Position numbers and translations under genes: made by a program
Notes under the pieces: model-generated
Database searches by the model: none
Seen by the model: only the letters and a program-made list of their open reading frames with translations
Told to the model about the DNA's origin: nothing
Assembly: GCA_976226885.1 (NCBI GenBank)
Contig: OZ320315.1
Coordinates: 53,754,001 to 53,818,000, forward strand
DNA length: 64,000 nt
Origin: Iphione sp. A-MEVVRFRX5
Lineage: Eukaryota
Direction: 5' to 3'
In this document: positions 38,291-51,441 of the stretch, piece after piece
How positions within the stretch are numbered: the stretch's first letter is position 1
Layout of the letters: each line of letters starts with the position of its first letter

Positions 38291-41200
38291 CACAACTTAC
38301 GCCAAGTCAACTCGGCGGTGTTATTGTATTCCTAAATATGCACGTCCTTTTCATCATCATTCGAGTTCGCGCGCGAGAGAGAGTGATGAAACGATGTTCT
38401 GTCGATAAGGTTATCGACATTGTCATATTTGCTTGTACAAATTGGTTGGGTTTTTTTCCTATCATCGAAAGAATGTGAAGTTTGCTTTGTGGTTATACCT
38501 TGACGGCTGTCAAACAGTAAGCTAACAAAGGTTGTATTTAACGTAATCGAAGTATCGCATCTGTGCTGTAGGTTTTTGTGTTTCAAGACAGTGCTGTGTG
38601 GAGCTGAATGTGTTACGAGCTGATAAGGAACCGAGATGTTAAAAATCTATGCTTTGCAGTGAGAATCGCCAATCATTCTTTTCCATAACAGGCTCAGAGG
38701 TCTGCTGTTCAAAGTAGGCGCCGGCTAGAGGGAATGTACTGGTATAAAATGAGGTCTTTAGTAACTGCAGGAGCAAGCCTGCCGCCTAGACTCGCGTGAG
38801 AAGGCGATGTGAATCGAGCAGCAGCTATTGACTGTCGGAGAGGTGGCATGTAGGAAACATCCAAGTGCCAGGCTGGACGAATGAGAAGTCATCCGTGCCC
38901 ATTAAGAGGGCTGAAACTGAAGGAGCCGCCGGGCCAGCGTTAATGGCCGTATGTGGTGCCTTGACCTCAGGACAGCACCAATCGAACGTCCTTCGCTGTT
39001 CTCGTTTCCGCTTGCTCTCTCCTCGTCGACCGCCTGGAGATGCCAGCATCGACACGCCAATAGCGGCGGGTCAACAGGGGCCGTGCTTGTGAATGCTCCA
39101 GTGGATGACAGCTCCTCCAGCGGCCTCCACTGGAGGGGTCGTCAGAGGAGTTGGCGTGATGATTGGGATGGATGGGATCAAGACTAGGGAGTGGGGGGCC
39201 TCGGGGGGACGAGGGGGCGGGAAGCCAGACTCTAACCCCTTATACCCTGGTCCAACTGCTATTTCTCTTTCACCAGGTCCCGACACCCTCGCCACCGTTT
39301 CCTTTCCGCCAGTTTCCCTGCCTCCCCCCAAATCCCCCTCCCCACGAACCACCAACCTCTCCCCTGGATCGGGTCATTCTTGGCAGGCGCGGACACGCGA
39401 ATGGAGAATACCGTCCGAGGTAAATCTCGTCGAGCAACCGGTATCCCGGGCCCATTTCGCCCCCGAAAACCGCCCATTTCTTCGCGCTGCCCAATGACAT
39501 CTTTTGCCGTGGCCAGTTGGCGACAGAGTAAGTTGTGAATACCAGAGCCGTGAATTATGGTTCAGAATCCGACGTTTATGCTTCATTTCTTATTAGACTT
39601 GACGCGCTGCCGGTGCAGTGAACAGCGCGCTGGGGTTAAGGAGGGAGGGTGGCAGGAGGCACGGGGGCGATTTAGTCCATACTAGTGGGCACGAAGATCG
39701 TCCTGCTTCCCTTCCAGCCTTCCTTCTGGACAGCCAACACAATGACCTCTGCTCACTGTAGTTCTCGGGGCTGGGATTTCAGTACCTCTGGCCAAGTCTG
39801 CTCGGCCTCATATCGGTTGATGCAGCTACCCACGGCCTCCTCCACCAGAGAAGCACTGCATTCAGTGCTGGTTTCGTGTTTTTTTTTAAAGCGGTTCCTG
39901 CCTCTCATGGTCTTTTACAGCTTAAGAGCATTATGACTTTTTGGCGTCGGTAACACAAAAAAGTCAGAGGAAGGCGCTGCGGCTGGTGAGGTCTTGCTTG
40001 TCTACTCTGTCAGTAGCTCACCGTGTTTACATTGGCAGCCTTTCTTTCGGTCTGTGGAGTAGCTCCCACGCCGTGCTCAGGCGCTGCTGGCGGCGAGCCA
40101 CTGCCGCCCAGGCCGGTTTAGGGTCGGGCTATGGCTGCTAGCACAGGTAAATGTAGCTGTTAGGTTATTGGCTCGTGATGTCGGCTTTCGTTTTTACAAC
40201 AGGCGCCTTGCCGCCGGCGATACCGGGCCTGGGCTGCTCACTTGGAACCACCGTGGCCGGCATGTGTTTGCATTCCCATGCACATACACAAAGACAAATT
40301 GGGGGAGGCCTGTCAGCGTGAGTTTCTGTGTCGTCCCTCATATGCTGGCCCAATTACTGCTTAGCTCGGCAAACAACCCACCACCGGCACCGGAAAGCGT
40401 TACTGTCGTCGAAGGACTACCTCGGTCGCCATATTTGCAAGGCTGAAACGACAAAGCCGCGCAGTGTGCATTGTTGAGTCTGCTTGTAACAGTAATTTAA
40501 GATACCGGTCGACATACTGGTCTGTCGATGAACTTAAAGTTCTTGATGGAAACTGTCGCAAGAGCCCCCCTCCCCCCTACCCAGGTGCGATTCAGGAGGA
40601 GACAGCAGGGAGGCGGAGAATCCTTAACTGGAAAAAAAACATTACTTCGAGGGAAGATGAGGTACACAGCGAAGGACCATAATGAGCTCAACAGGTTCAG
40701 TACTCTCGTATTTCCGCAAACAAGCAAACAAATACAGGCGACCGCACTCCGGAATGCTTTTATCGGCAGACAGGAACAGCAGAGAGTGTGGCAAGGCGTA
40801 CCAGCGAGCAAGGAATCATTGATTTCGGATAGGTTCCTGAGCTGACCTTTTTCGGCTTGTTCTTGGGAGCTGCTCTCTTGGAGACCATTGATCCTGCCCC
40901 CCCCCCCCACCCCCAACCATCCTTCCTCTCGGTGGAGTATACAGACGCATGTTGCATTTGCACGATGTCGCGCACGCACGTCAACTCGACAGCAGCAGCA
41001 GCAGCAGCCACCACCGCACGTGCACACGTACTTTTTCTCCTGGTGACTTGATGCCGTGTAATGCATTCAGAAGTCTTCTCCGCACCCCTCGCCGGCACAT
41101 ATCACCACTCTCTTGAGCCTGACTGTATGAGAGCTGATTGTTATTCGATGGCGTCCGATCGTAAACTGGACGCTACGAGGCCACCTTCATAAAGTACACC

Positions 41201-41768
41201 TATAGTGCATTTGACAAAAAAAATGCGACAGGAGAAGGGTTTTATAGGTATCAGCCAGGCCACCTGGATACAGCCTGACTGGTCCGAATTGGCTCTATTT
41301 GCCAGAGGTGGCTGGGGTCGACCGATTGGCGAAGGTAACACCATTGTGACCACACTCTCCATTCGAAGTGCCTTTTAGCCGTGCGGTGAATAGCTCGCTG
41401 CTGCTCGCACGCCTCAGCGCCCGCCTTGTCGTGACCAGACACATGCCCTATTCGGGATAAGGGTCAGCGTGCCAGCGTACAAATTTGGGAAACCAATCAG
41501 AGCCTGGTTCTATGGAGTATGGCCGACCTGATTGGGGTGTGGTCGGTGGCGTTGGCCAAGGTCTTCAAAGGTTCGGCCACTCGAACAGGCAGGGCGATGA
41601 AAGACGGGGTGCACTGCTGAGTGTAATTGTCATTGCGATATGTTGCCTGCTGTGTTGGGGCTCAAGCGGGAGTCTGCCTTCCATTTGTGACCTTCTAGAA
41701 AGAGAAAGAGGACAAGTAAAACTTAATTATTAATCGTGATAGATAAGTACAGAAGTAAGACGTCGGAT

Positions 41769-41772
<4 letters not shown>

Positions 41773-41800
<28 letters not shown>
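41773..41800. repeat. (TA)n microsatellite
   Basis: Direct reading. Confidence 0.95.
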
Positions 41801-41804
<4 letters not shown>

Positions 41805-44800
41805 GACAATAAGAAAAGAACGGTGAGCATTTATGACCGCCGCCATTCAGCTATGACAATTTTGTTATAAACCGGGGGATGCACATCTATTACATACAGA
41901 CGTTCTGTTAGAGCTGTCGATATTTTTTACACCACCAAAACTATATGTATGTGGGGGAGGGGAGGAGAAGGGGAATCAAATTAAGGGAAAGCCTTGGATT
42001 AAACTTCGAACCAATTTCTGTTTCCATCGCCAGCTTCCAATGCGCCGTATGTATCAATCTGGCCCATTCTATTCTTTGTTGGTCGCTGATATTCTCGCCA
42101 GCGGTGAGCGGTGGGCAGACAAGGAAAGACGGGAGAATCTGAACAGCGGGCAAGGCAATATTGCATCGCGGCGCCGTTCTTTCACACCTCAGTAATATGA
42201 TAAAGATCTCTCGACCGCCGCTCCTGCTGCTAACACGATCAGAAACCGACGTTACAAACCCTACCTCGGCTGCTGCATCGCCGACCAACGCCAGCCTTAT
42301 TAGCTTCGTATTGAGACGCCGGCTGCTCGTTTCAACCCTTTGATTCATACCTTCCACGGCAGCGACACCGTCGACAGTTCGCGTCGGACCTCCGCGCCGC
42401 GTCCCCTTAACGCGCTCCAATCAGCGCCATTTGTCTCCGAGTAATAACCGCCACTGGAAATATCGCGCCTTCAGTCTTGATACCTTCCGCATGAGTGCGC
42501 CTTTGGTCGAAACAACAAATACAATTAGACAAGCGCGGCAGCGAAAACTCGAGTAATCAATATATTCCAATCAGAACAGCTAAATAAGTTCGGTCTTGAT
42601 TTTATTGCCACCTTCTTCTGAACACTCTCCTTCCAGGTGGGACTAGATGGGAACATGTTACATGATACGAGTCCTTAAGTCATAGTATTCGTGCACAGGT
42701 TATTAAATTTCGCCCGTTTCTAATAAAAGTGGAGCTATTATGTGGATCTAAAATGTGAAGGCTTCTGGAGACGAGAATTGTACACTGCTCTTTAAAAGTC
42801 GCTTGGAGTACCATTTTAGCCAAAGTGGAAAGTGATACATAAAAACGAATTTGAACTGAAACATGCATGAAGATGGATGTCGAGGCATTTTGTCTGCTCC
42901 ATATCCTGCCAACGTGTGTTCGTCTCGACCGACCGTCTTGACATGTGTGTTGCCTCGGCTGCAGGCATTGTTTCAGAATTCCCTGTTTTCCGATATGTTG
43001 TTGTCATCCATGCGGACACACAATGCATATCATGAATAGGAACCGCTGCCACTGTGGCACTGCGGACTCCTACTTGGCTCTGGGGATGGGAGCGAGATGC
43101 ATGCGTAACTTGATACGGGATCATGTTTTAAGCAGGAAGATCATGGTGCACGACCAACGCTGCTTCATCTAATAAAAGCCCAAACCACGGGCGCAAAGCT
43201 CGCAGCCATACATCACGACAATTTATAAATAAGTTCGAGCCAAGTCAGTTTCACCCTGTTTTCTGTAGAATAGTAATTTAACAAATGTAACAAGCATTTG
43301 TTTCGGAGTTATTTGTCTACGTAGGGGAGAAAATGTGGTTTATTATCTGATTATACATAATTTAGCTCCATACAGTATGTAGGGGATTTTGAGTAGTTGT
43401 TACACACTTGAAACCACACAAAATACGAGCAAGACTAGAAATATTACCGCCCATCGAAACGGCAACCATGGACTGTCTGATCAGGCACGAAACAACGGGA
43501 GCAGCCCTGTCGTCGTGGCAGGAAGACAATTGCTCGTCAACTGCTGCCCGCACCACCTGAGCCACTCGCCCCCATGGACCTCCCGTAATGCGCAGAAGCT
43601 CATTCGCCCGACTCTCTCTAGCCACCTCCGCACCCACTCTCAGCCGCAACTAGATGGCGACTAATCGTGTTTGGGTCTTGCTCACTGCGAACCCCGAGCA
43701 GCTCTAATTAAATCGATGCCCTGTTGACATTAACTTCGGCGCCTGGTGTGGACCACAGAAAACCCAGAAGAAACCGAGGGGGTGGAGATGCAGGCACTGA
43801 CAGAAGGTCAGACCTTGTCTTGCGGCAGACGCCTCACCAACGGCAACTCCTTTATAAACGTACACATTCCAGCATATTACGTGTTTCGATGGAGTCCCCC
43901 CCGAGGAGAACTTGTGTTCAAAGCCATGCGAATTCACAGTTCTTTATTATACGACACCAGAGGCTCCCCGTGTGCTTGAGCTAGCTATTTATGGTTGGGT
44001 ACATGCTCATCCTGGATTGGCCATCTCTGAGATCCAGTGCAAGTAGAGCGGGGGTGATCGAGCTAAACCTTACGTCGTCCTCCTGCTGTCTGGTCTAAAG
44101 TACTGTCTATCCCTCAGCCGATAGGGCTGGCCAGCCGTGCCGCCACACAGGGGACTGTGTACTACTGATGACCTTATTACTGTCATCGTCCCAAGATCAT
44201 GGCGAACCACTCATGATACTCGAACGGAAGCTCGCGTCTTATTAGTAGCCCGGCGCCACAGTGTAATTTGCGGCAAGGCATCTCGTGCTCATACATTGTA
44301 TGAGGCCAGCGTATGGGGCCCGGCCAGCTCCCACAGCTCAGTCTCTGTTGCTTCATCTGGCCGTACAGTTAGCTTCCGCGGCCATCTAACTCCCTGTACG
44401 CAGTAGTATTATCACTTGGGTCAAACTATATGTACAGAACAAATTTCATCACATCCACCTGAGATCTCGATTTACCACTCTCCTCGATCCACACACTAGA
44501 CAGGATCTAGATTGAGTTCTGGTTAGTTTTCTATCCGCCGTGAAGTGGTCGTGACCTTCCTCAGAATTAGCATGGGAATAATTCTGTCCACTTCGTCAAA
44601 TGGGTTTTATTTTAGCCTGTCATCGTGACTAACACATTATCTTGCGCATACTATGTATGATTTCTCCTCACTTGGGAGCGATTCTGTATACATGTATTTC
44701 ATTTCGTTTCAATCATCAATACATGCAAGGTTAAGTTACACTTTTTCCTTGCGAAGTAGGAACATATACCAGCGTTTTCTGTTTTATACAAAGAAGTATT

Positions 44801-46118
44801 GTTTTTTCATGTATTTCACAATAGAGGCACGTCAAATGCTCTTATGTGAAACGACCCATTGGTACAAGGAATCACCGATAGAATCACAATTAATGTAGTG
44901 TGCTGTACATAAAATATAAAATATATATATATCATTCAGTGAGTTTGAAATTGTGCTCGTGTGCTGGTCACCATTTTCATAGACATGTCTTGATGTTCTC
45001 GGAAGGCACCACCCTTTGTATTATTGCATTGCAAAAAAAAAACGTTATTACACCGCGATCACACCAGTTCAAAATGTGTATGTGAAGAATTAATCAAAAA
45101 TAGTTTAATTCTAGTTTACCGTTTTAACATTATTGTCTAAACATGAAATCAGCCTTGATCTTGGTGAGGAAACAACACAGGAGAAATCATTATCCGCTAG
45201 AGTGTAATGCATAGACTGCTATTTTGCGAGAACGTGTACAGTTGTTTACATATGAATGAGTAACCTTTGATAATCTTGTGTCGTGACGAACATGGCCGAA
45301 AGGGGGCGCAAGGGTGTGCAAGCTTACTCATCACCAGCAGGATGCATTGTAAACTGACATGTATCTCTTGTATATCATTAACCTGTCGTTTGCAATCGGA
45401 AACCATAGGACACATTAAGTTGCTATTATACAAATACTTTCAAAGGTCAAAATATACGATAAATACTATTGTACCAAAAACGATGTCTTAATGTCCAGTG
45501 TCTGAGAGATTGGATGTGAAATATACACAGAAACAATATCAGAGTTAACAGTGGAACATATTCACATAAAAATATAACTGTACTAATGTCACCGCTAATT
45601 AACTGATATGTAAATAAATCCACTTTGGTAAATATTGAATGTTGCGTTTATTTTCTTCGTGTTGTATAACTGACATCCAGAAATTGTTTTATTAATATAA
45701 TTATATAGTTTTACTACAAAATATGTTTTTATCATGCTATATGTTACTTTAAGTCACCTGAAAATACACGTTTAGTCATGACATCCAAATATCAAGCTTC
45801 AGGAAATGCACATTTGCATTATTAAGAACCCGTATTCCTCTCGCCATTTTATAAAAAAGAGATTTGGAAAAAGCTAGTTGAACTCTTCTTGTTCCTCCTC
45901 TAACAGGAACGAGATAAACTCAATGCATAACTGTTTCCAAAGTAATAATGATCTCTGGGATAAAACGGATTTTCCAATTTTCTCTCAGGTCCCATTTAGT
46001 AGGCCAATTTTCACCAACCATTTTTATATATAAGATATAGGGGAAAAAAGTGTTCCATCAACCACCCTTTGTCCAACAACAACCGGTTGTCTGAGAATAC
46101 ACCTGCGGCAATAACCTA

Positions 46119-46291
46119 CAGTGGAAACCCTATTTGCGACCACCACTTGGGACCATGCTAAAGTGGTTGTATTGGCAAATTTGGTCCTAAATTCATAATT
46201 GTTAATTATAGAAATCAATACTTCTGTTCCCAGTTAAAATGGTCTGATATTGAATTTTGTCGCAAATTGGAGTGGTCTAGAGTTTCCACTG
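46119..46291. mobile_element. Tc1/mariner-type MITE, 173 bp
   Basis: TIR CAGTGGAAAC(C/T)CTA at both ends, flanked by TA on both sides. Confidence 0.75.
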
Positions 46292-46800
46292 TATTTGATA
46301 TCTACCCCCTAGATAGAAGCTCCTCTCTCGAAATGTTAAATATATCTCGGATATTACCCGTTTTTGTCTATAAGTGTCGCACAAAAAAACATACGTTTAG
46401 ATGGGACTCGGGCGCCACGTCTATCGCCAATTTATGAAATATATTCAACAGCTCCATTTTACTGATAGCCTCAGGAGACACAAATGAAAACAAGGCTTCG
46501 GTGTATATGCGTCTAGCAAACAAAATAAGACCTGCTTCCTCTGATGTTGCTATTGCTATTTCAAACAATGTGTGAAGGATGCGCGCTTTCAATATAAGTG
46601 AAAACTTGGGGCATGCAAGTAAAGATGCATTGACTTGAAGTATCCTAAACGTAAAAAGACAACGGGAGAAAAAGAAACTACGTTTCGAGGAAGATACTAA
46701 ATAATATGGTCTATTGGTTACTTTCACATTCAAAGTTAGGATTTCCTAACGTAAACATCCTTTCGCAATCGTAAAAATACTAGTACATCTGTACTTATTT

Positions 46801-48083
46801 TCAGGGCTTCTTTTTGCTGCGGTTAATTTTCTGCTGCTTTGCCTGTTTTCCGTTCAGATTGCCACGCGGAACAGTTTTATCTTCTCGTTTCTTCCGTTTC
46901 CCTCTGTGCTCTGCTGTTTTTGCATCTTCTACATTCGTAGATTTCCTCGATTCCAATTTCGACTGACGCTTTCTTACTGCCTTTCCTAATTTTTTTCCTT
47001 TTAGATTCTTAATTGTCGCTTGCTGTTGATGTTGCTGTAGTGCCTTTGTGTGGAGCTTATGCCCTTTAGCTTTCCTTTTCTTCGCCAATATTTCGTTCAG
47101 CTGTGCGATCTGAATAGTGCTATCATCTTTTGTTTTGTCCGTTTTCTTACCAATGCAGGACTTTGTAATATTTCTTAATTTTCCCTCCGTTCTCAGCGCT
47201 GATGCCGTCTCTTTTTCAATTCCCACCGGGTGCTCGGGTTTTAGACGCTTTTCATCAAGCAAACCTGTGTCATTTAGTTTTCGACTGCTTCCGAGAGATT
47301 TCTTCCCCAGTAAGCGCATAAGGGACTTCACAGTTTTCATAATGTATTGACTCTCCATCATGCCTGCCTGCTTTCGAAGAGTCATATACTTCGTAAGCAA
47401 CCTTTTGACCTTTGGCCTGACCTTCGGTGGAATTTCCCACGAGAGGTCGCCTGCCTCAAATTTACCGTCTTTCAGTTCCCTGTGCATTTTCTCCAAACCA
47501 TTGTTTTTAAGTTGGGAAAGTTTCAAATAAAGGCAGCGTTTTGTATCGGCTCCTCCTGTGCTTTTCTCGCTTACCGATGGTTTCTTACTGAAATTCTCCG
47601 TTGACCCTTGCGCGGGTGAAAGGTAACTAACCGAGCCCACTGTCGCTGCAGGTTCAGAGGTTGGTGTCATCACCTGTGATTCACACGGAGTCAAGTCCGT
47701 TTCCTCTACAATCACTAAACGACCCTCCCTCTGTTTGATCTCGGCCACCTGCTTGATACATCTTTTCACCCTTCTTTTACAGCGCGACAGATGTCCTTTC
47801 TTCCGATTATGTGACGCCTTCATGAGCTGAAGCGTACACGTTCCACAGCGCTTCGACCAGAAGCCGTGGTGCCTCTGGAAAGCTTCAAGCACCCCACACA
47901 GCTCGCCGTCTTTCGTTGACCTGTCCACTCTGTTGAACCAGAACGATTCGGAAAATTCTGGAACAGCTCCATTGCGCTTGACCGGAAGAGAGGTATTTTT
48001 TGCTGGAGAAACTGAGGCTCCTCTGCCATTATCTGGATTCCCGAAGCCCGTCGTCTTATAAGGAGAAGGCTTCACATCGGATT
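46801..48083 (-). CDS. NEPRO: NEPRO-like terminal exon 9, Lys/Arg-rich tail ending KINRSKKKP*
   Basis: Acceptor ttttactattttcag| (phase 1), 1283 nt open frame to TGA (this is ORF-track 46801..48102). Total spliced CDS is 2187 nt, i.e. 728 aa plus stop. Confidence 0.85.
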
Positions 48084-48359
48084 CTGAAAATAGTAAAACC
48101 ATTAAAATTATGAGCTACAATTTTATATGGCTGCCATGAATTCTCAACAGCTAAATGTATTAAATGAAATGCGTTTACGTCGCGCCTCGTGCTGATCAAG
48201 CCTACGCTAGGTGCCGACACTGGTTTCACCAGAGTAAAGTGCCATCTGTAGAGGAACAGTTACATGTATGTGTATGAGTACATTATTTACGGCAAAAATA
48301 AAACTACGTGTATTTGTGCATGTATACATTTTCATTACTTAACGAAATGGCCCAATCAC

Positions 48360-48571
48360 CTAAATCTGGCTTGGGTTTGTGAAAATCGTCGCGGCAAATG
48401 GACTCTCCGAGATCTTCATGGTCTTCCGGAAATGTCGACTGCTCCTCTACCAGTGAATCATTCTCCTCTTTTACTTGAGGCTCAAGGACATCATCAACTG
48501 CCGACTTCTGGTTTAAATCCCAGCGTCTTAAGATAGCATCCAAACTTTCGGCATCCGTTTGCTCCTCTTGG
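48360..48571 (-). CDS. NEPRO: NEPRO-like exon 8 (acidic linker, QEEQTDAESL...EDLGESICRDDFHKPKPDL)
   Basis: Acceptor attcttccaatttgcag|, donor G|gtgatt, 212 nt, phase 2->1. Contains the DLGE/DLGQ motif (human DLGQPV). Confidence 0.8.
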
Positions 48572-48781
48572 CTGCAAATTGGAAGAATGTTCAGATCTGT
48601 AGCATTTCCGAACATATCTCCGGAACACTAATAGAACAGTGATATGACGTAACGGGGGGCGGTGTAACACAGCCTACATGTTTACAGTTAAATGAGGTTC
48701 AAACATTTCCTACAGTAAATTATTTTAGAAACTTTTTCTGAACTCTCCCATATTAAACACCCAATTTCACAAGCCACTAAC

Positions 48782-48858
48782 CTTTTTCGTTGAGGCCTCC
48801 CCATTTCCTTTCCAAGCCATGCCCACAGGTCTTTGGGAAATTGAAATCCACCCCTCAG
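48782..48858 (-). CDS. NEPRO: NEPRO-like exon 7 (LRGGFQFPKDLWAWLGKEMGRPQRK)
   Basis: Acceptor tctctgttcctccacag|, donor AG|gttagt, 77 nt, phase 0->2. FxFPxDLxxWLG corresponds to human FTFPSDITEFLG. Confidence 0.85.
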
Positions 48859-48917
48859 CTGTGGAGGAACAGAGAATAAATAAACGTCTTGGTTGTTTTT
48901 CTATTTTTCTATCCCTA

Positions 48918-49387
48918 CAGTGGAACCTCGCTATTCCAACATTGCTTGGTTTCAACTGATTATGCCTGCAATAGCAAGGTGGTGGAACGGTGAGGGAGTT
49001 GTATTTTACTAGATAAATATAAATAATAGCTACTGTTCTGACCTGATGAGGTGTGGAAACATCTAAGAGCAGCAGGAGGGTGGCACACTGGAGAGGTGAA
49101 GGGACATCTAAGGGTGACAGGAAGGTGGTCAAGTATGATGTTAGAACATGGATAGGTGTGGAGACTTCTCAGAGTGACAAGGGGGTCAAGGGTAAGGGTA
49201 AAACCTGACAGGCCAGACAATAGATGTCGGAAGGTGAGGGGTCTCCCTTTGTTTTCTGGGTCTACATCTGCAATACTGAGGTATTAGCATATTAAAATAT
49301 AGAGGAATCTATTCTGTTCCAAGGAAATGTGTGTGTAATAGCGAGGGTACTGGAATAGTGTGGTGACAGAATAGTGAGGTTGTACTG
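48918..49387. mobile_element. Tc1/mariner (pogo-like) MITE in NEPRO intron 6, 470 bp
   Basis: TIR CAGTGGAACCTCGCTATTC vs CAGTACAACCTCACTATTC (16/19 match), TA TSD both sides. Confidence 0.75.
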
Positions 49388-50184
49388 TAAATTTAGCTGG
49401 TTGCCACATACCAATCTTGAATTTAATTAAGGACGTTCTCCTTGAGCATATAAAGTTTATATACCTTGAATTGGACGTGGAAAGTATGCATAGAAATCAT
49501 ATTTAGATTACGATACTTCCTCCGATAATAAATGTGTGTACGAGGCTATACTCTTCTCCGCCTATAATAAAGGCTACATTAAATATGCGTATGTACATAA
49601 TGCGTGAATGAGACAGCGCAACTAGACGGTGACAAAGGAAATCACTCTCCCACCCAAGACAAGAGAGAGAGATTCAAATTGCTTTGACATATTGCATTTG
49701 AAATCAAGTCTACCTGAACTTTTTGCATAGGAATTAGTTTTAAAGACTCAGATTCACACAAAAACGTGTAAAACACCTCTAAGTAATTACAATATCTGTT
49801 ACGTGATTCATAATATAATCGAAACTCTCCCGATATGGACATCAGATGGTCTGATACAAGCTGTCCACACCCACTTTTGTAGTCTCTGGTAAACAGCACA
49901 GCACATGTATTTTTCTTCCATTTGGGTGAATTTAAGGCACTGAAGAAAATCACGCTTTTGGCACAAGAAGTGGCAAATTCAAACACCTGGACATGTCAGC
50001 AATCATTACACTATAGGAAAAGCCCGTACCACAATAAGTTTCTGTAAACATGTATTAAACAATAACTTCCAAGTGTTTTTACTTGAAATTTGAAGAGTGC
50101 AAGTCTCAGGATGGTAAATACTTTGCTATGAAAATAAGATAGGTGCAGCGACTGCTGCATATGGAAGTCACATTCTCTCAAATA

Positions 50185-50478
50185 GTGAGAATATGAGTGC
50201 GAACATGAGCGTGAGTGAGAGCATGAGTGACAGTGAGAGCATGAGTGAGAGCATAAATGTCAGTGAGGGCATGCATAAGGGTATAAGTGGAAGCATGAGT
50301 GTCAGTGAGAGCATGAATGATAGTATGTGTGTGAGTGAGAGCATGGGTGTCAGTGAGGGCATGAGTGTCAGTGAGAGCATGAGTAAGAGTATGAGGGAGA
50401 GCATGGGTGTCAGTAAGAACATATGGAGAGTCTGTGTGTGAGTGAGAGCATGAGTGTGAGTGAGAACATGAATAAGAA
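50185..50478. repeat. Degenerate 18-bp minisatellite (AGCATGAGTGTCAGTGAG)n in NEPRO intron 6
   Basis: Visible periodicity; explains the spurious MSVSES/MLSLTL ORFs. Confidence 0.85.
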
Positions 50479-50649
50479 TGAATAAATTACAGGATGAAAA
50501 ATGCTTCTATGTGCAGATATGGAATACATATACATGTAAAATCACTGTAAATCTACAGGAACCAGTACAATAGTTCATCTTCTAGAGACATTCAGAGGTC
50601 TGGCCCCCATATCTTAAGTATTGTGTGTGATAATGCCGAGGGCCATAAC

Positions 50650-50900
50650 TACTGGAAGTATAACTCATGTGAACTTCAGCACCTATACAATCAATGGCTA
50701 AAGTAAACACAAAATATTGTAGAGAGACACCTTTCGTGGACGTAACCTTGAATGGAAACCTACTAAAGACACTACGTATTTTGGAGTTCGCCCTAAATGT
50801 GATCTTTGAGATGGCTTTTAATTCATTTGAAGACATCAGTTCCAGTCAATAATTTTCAAACAAAAGGTCTTTCCCATAATGTAAGCACCACCAAAGTTAA
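50650..50900 (-). pseudogene. Decayed L1/Tx1-like RT fragment in NEPRO intron 6
   Basis: KIIDWN (cf. DRVDW) then ANSKIRSVFSRFPFKV...GVSLQYFVFTLAIDCI (cf. F...GVRQGCPLSPxLFxLAxEPL). Confidence 0.3.
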
Positions 50901-51031
50901 CGGCAGAAACATTCCACCATCCTTTTAATAGTGATTCCAGGACAACAAAATTTATCCTTTGGAAATAAAGACTTCCTGATAAATATTTATTGATGACGCA
51001 AAAATCAAACTGAAATACTGAAGCTACTCAC

Positions 51032-51125
51032 CCAAACAACCTTGGTTGGCCTTAGTACTTCCATCAAGGGAATTAGCTGGGTGTACCACTTAATCATCTC
51101 CTGTTTCATTGACCGGCAGAGCAAC
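51032..51125 (-). CDS. NEPRO: NEPRO-like exon 6 (LLCRSMKQEMIKWYTQLIPLMEVLRPTKVVW)
   Basis: Acceptor ctcttgcacag|, donor TGG|gtgagt, 94 nt, phase 2->0. Hydrophobic pattern matches human [21 protein letters not shown]. Confidence 0.85.
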
Positions 51126-51363
51126 CTGTGCAAGAGCCATCTAGTGAGTGATGAGAGAAACAAAAGCCGCGGCACATTTCTTGGTAGAAAACGTAGCACC
51201 CACTCGTCTCCATGCATTTAGTATCTATAATAGGTTTTCTTTGGCATTAAAGATTTAATATCATCGTTAATACCTAGGTAAATGATTAATTCTGTAATTT
51301 TTATGCATGTCTATTCAAGAAATGAGATTCTGTACTCATTCCAACGGCGGAAAAAAAACTTAC

Positions 51364-51441
51364 CATATTCTACTTGCCACAGCATTAAATATAAACATAG
51401 GTACAATCTGCATACCAATTTTTATCTGATCCAGTGCAGCA
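51364..51441 (-). CDS. NEPRO: NEPRO-like exon 5 (AALDQIKIGMQIVPMFIFNAVASRIW)
   Basis: Acceptor cgatgtcag|, donor TG|gtaagt, 78 nt, phase 2->2. Gap-free alignment to human [26 protein letters not shown]. Confidence 0.85.

Noticed and set aside
41941-42420. 159-aa minus ORF with RLALVGDAAAEVG resembling a small-GTPase P-loop or flavoprotein GD motif
   Set aside because: No GxxxxGKS/T, DxxG or NKxD, no splice context; chance resemblance.
1-45000. Idea that the left part is chimeric or non-genomic because of many motif ghosts
   Set aside because: Similar decayed remnants occur inside the well-supported NEPRO introns, and clean MITEs, a LINE and a spliced gene end occur in the left part; ordinary transposon decay suffices.
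48572-48627. Upstream acceptor extending NEPRO exon 8 (CSGDMFGNATDL...)
   Set aside because: Phase 0 is incompatible with the phase-2 end of exon 7; the acceptor at 48572 fits.
49042-49060. CTGATGAG...GAAAC hammerhead-like string
   Set aside because: No stem II can form between the two core halves (GGTGTG).
50168-50441. ORFs 50168..50422 (-) and 50193..50441 (+) with MLSLTL/MSVSES repeats
   Set aside because: Translations of an 18-bp minisatellite inside a NEPRO intron.
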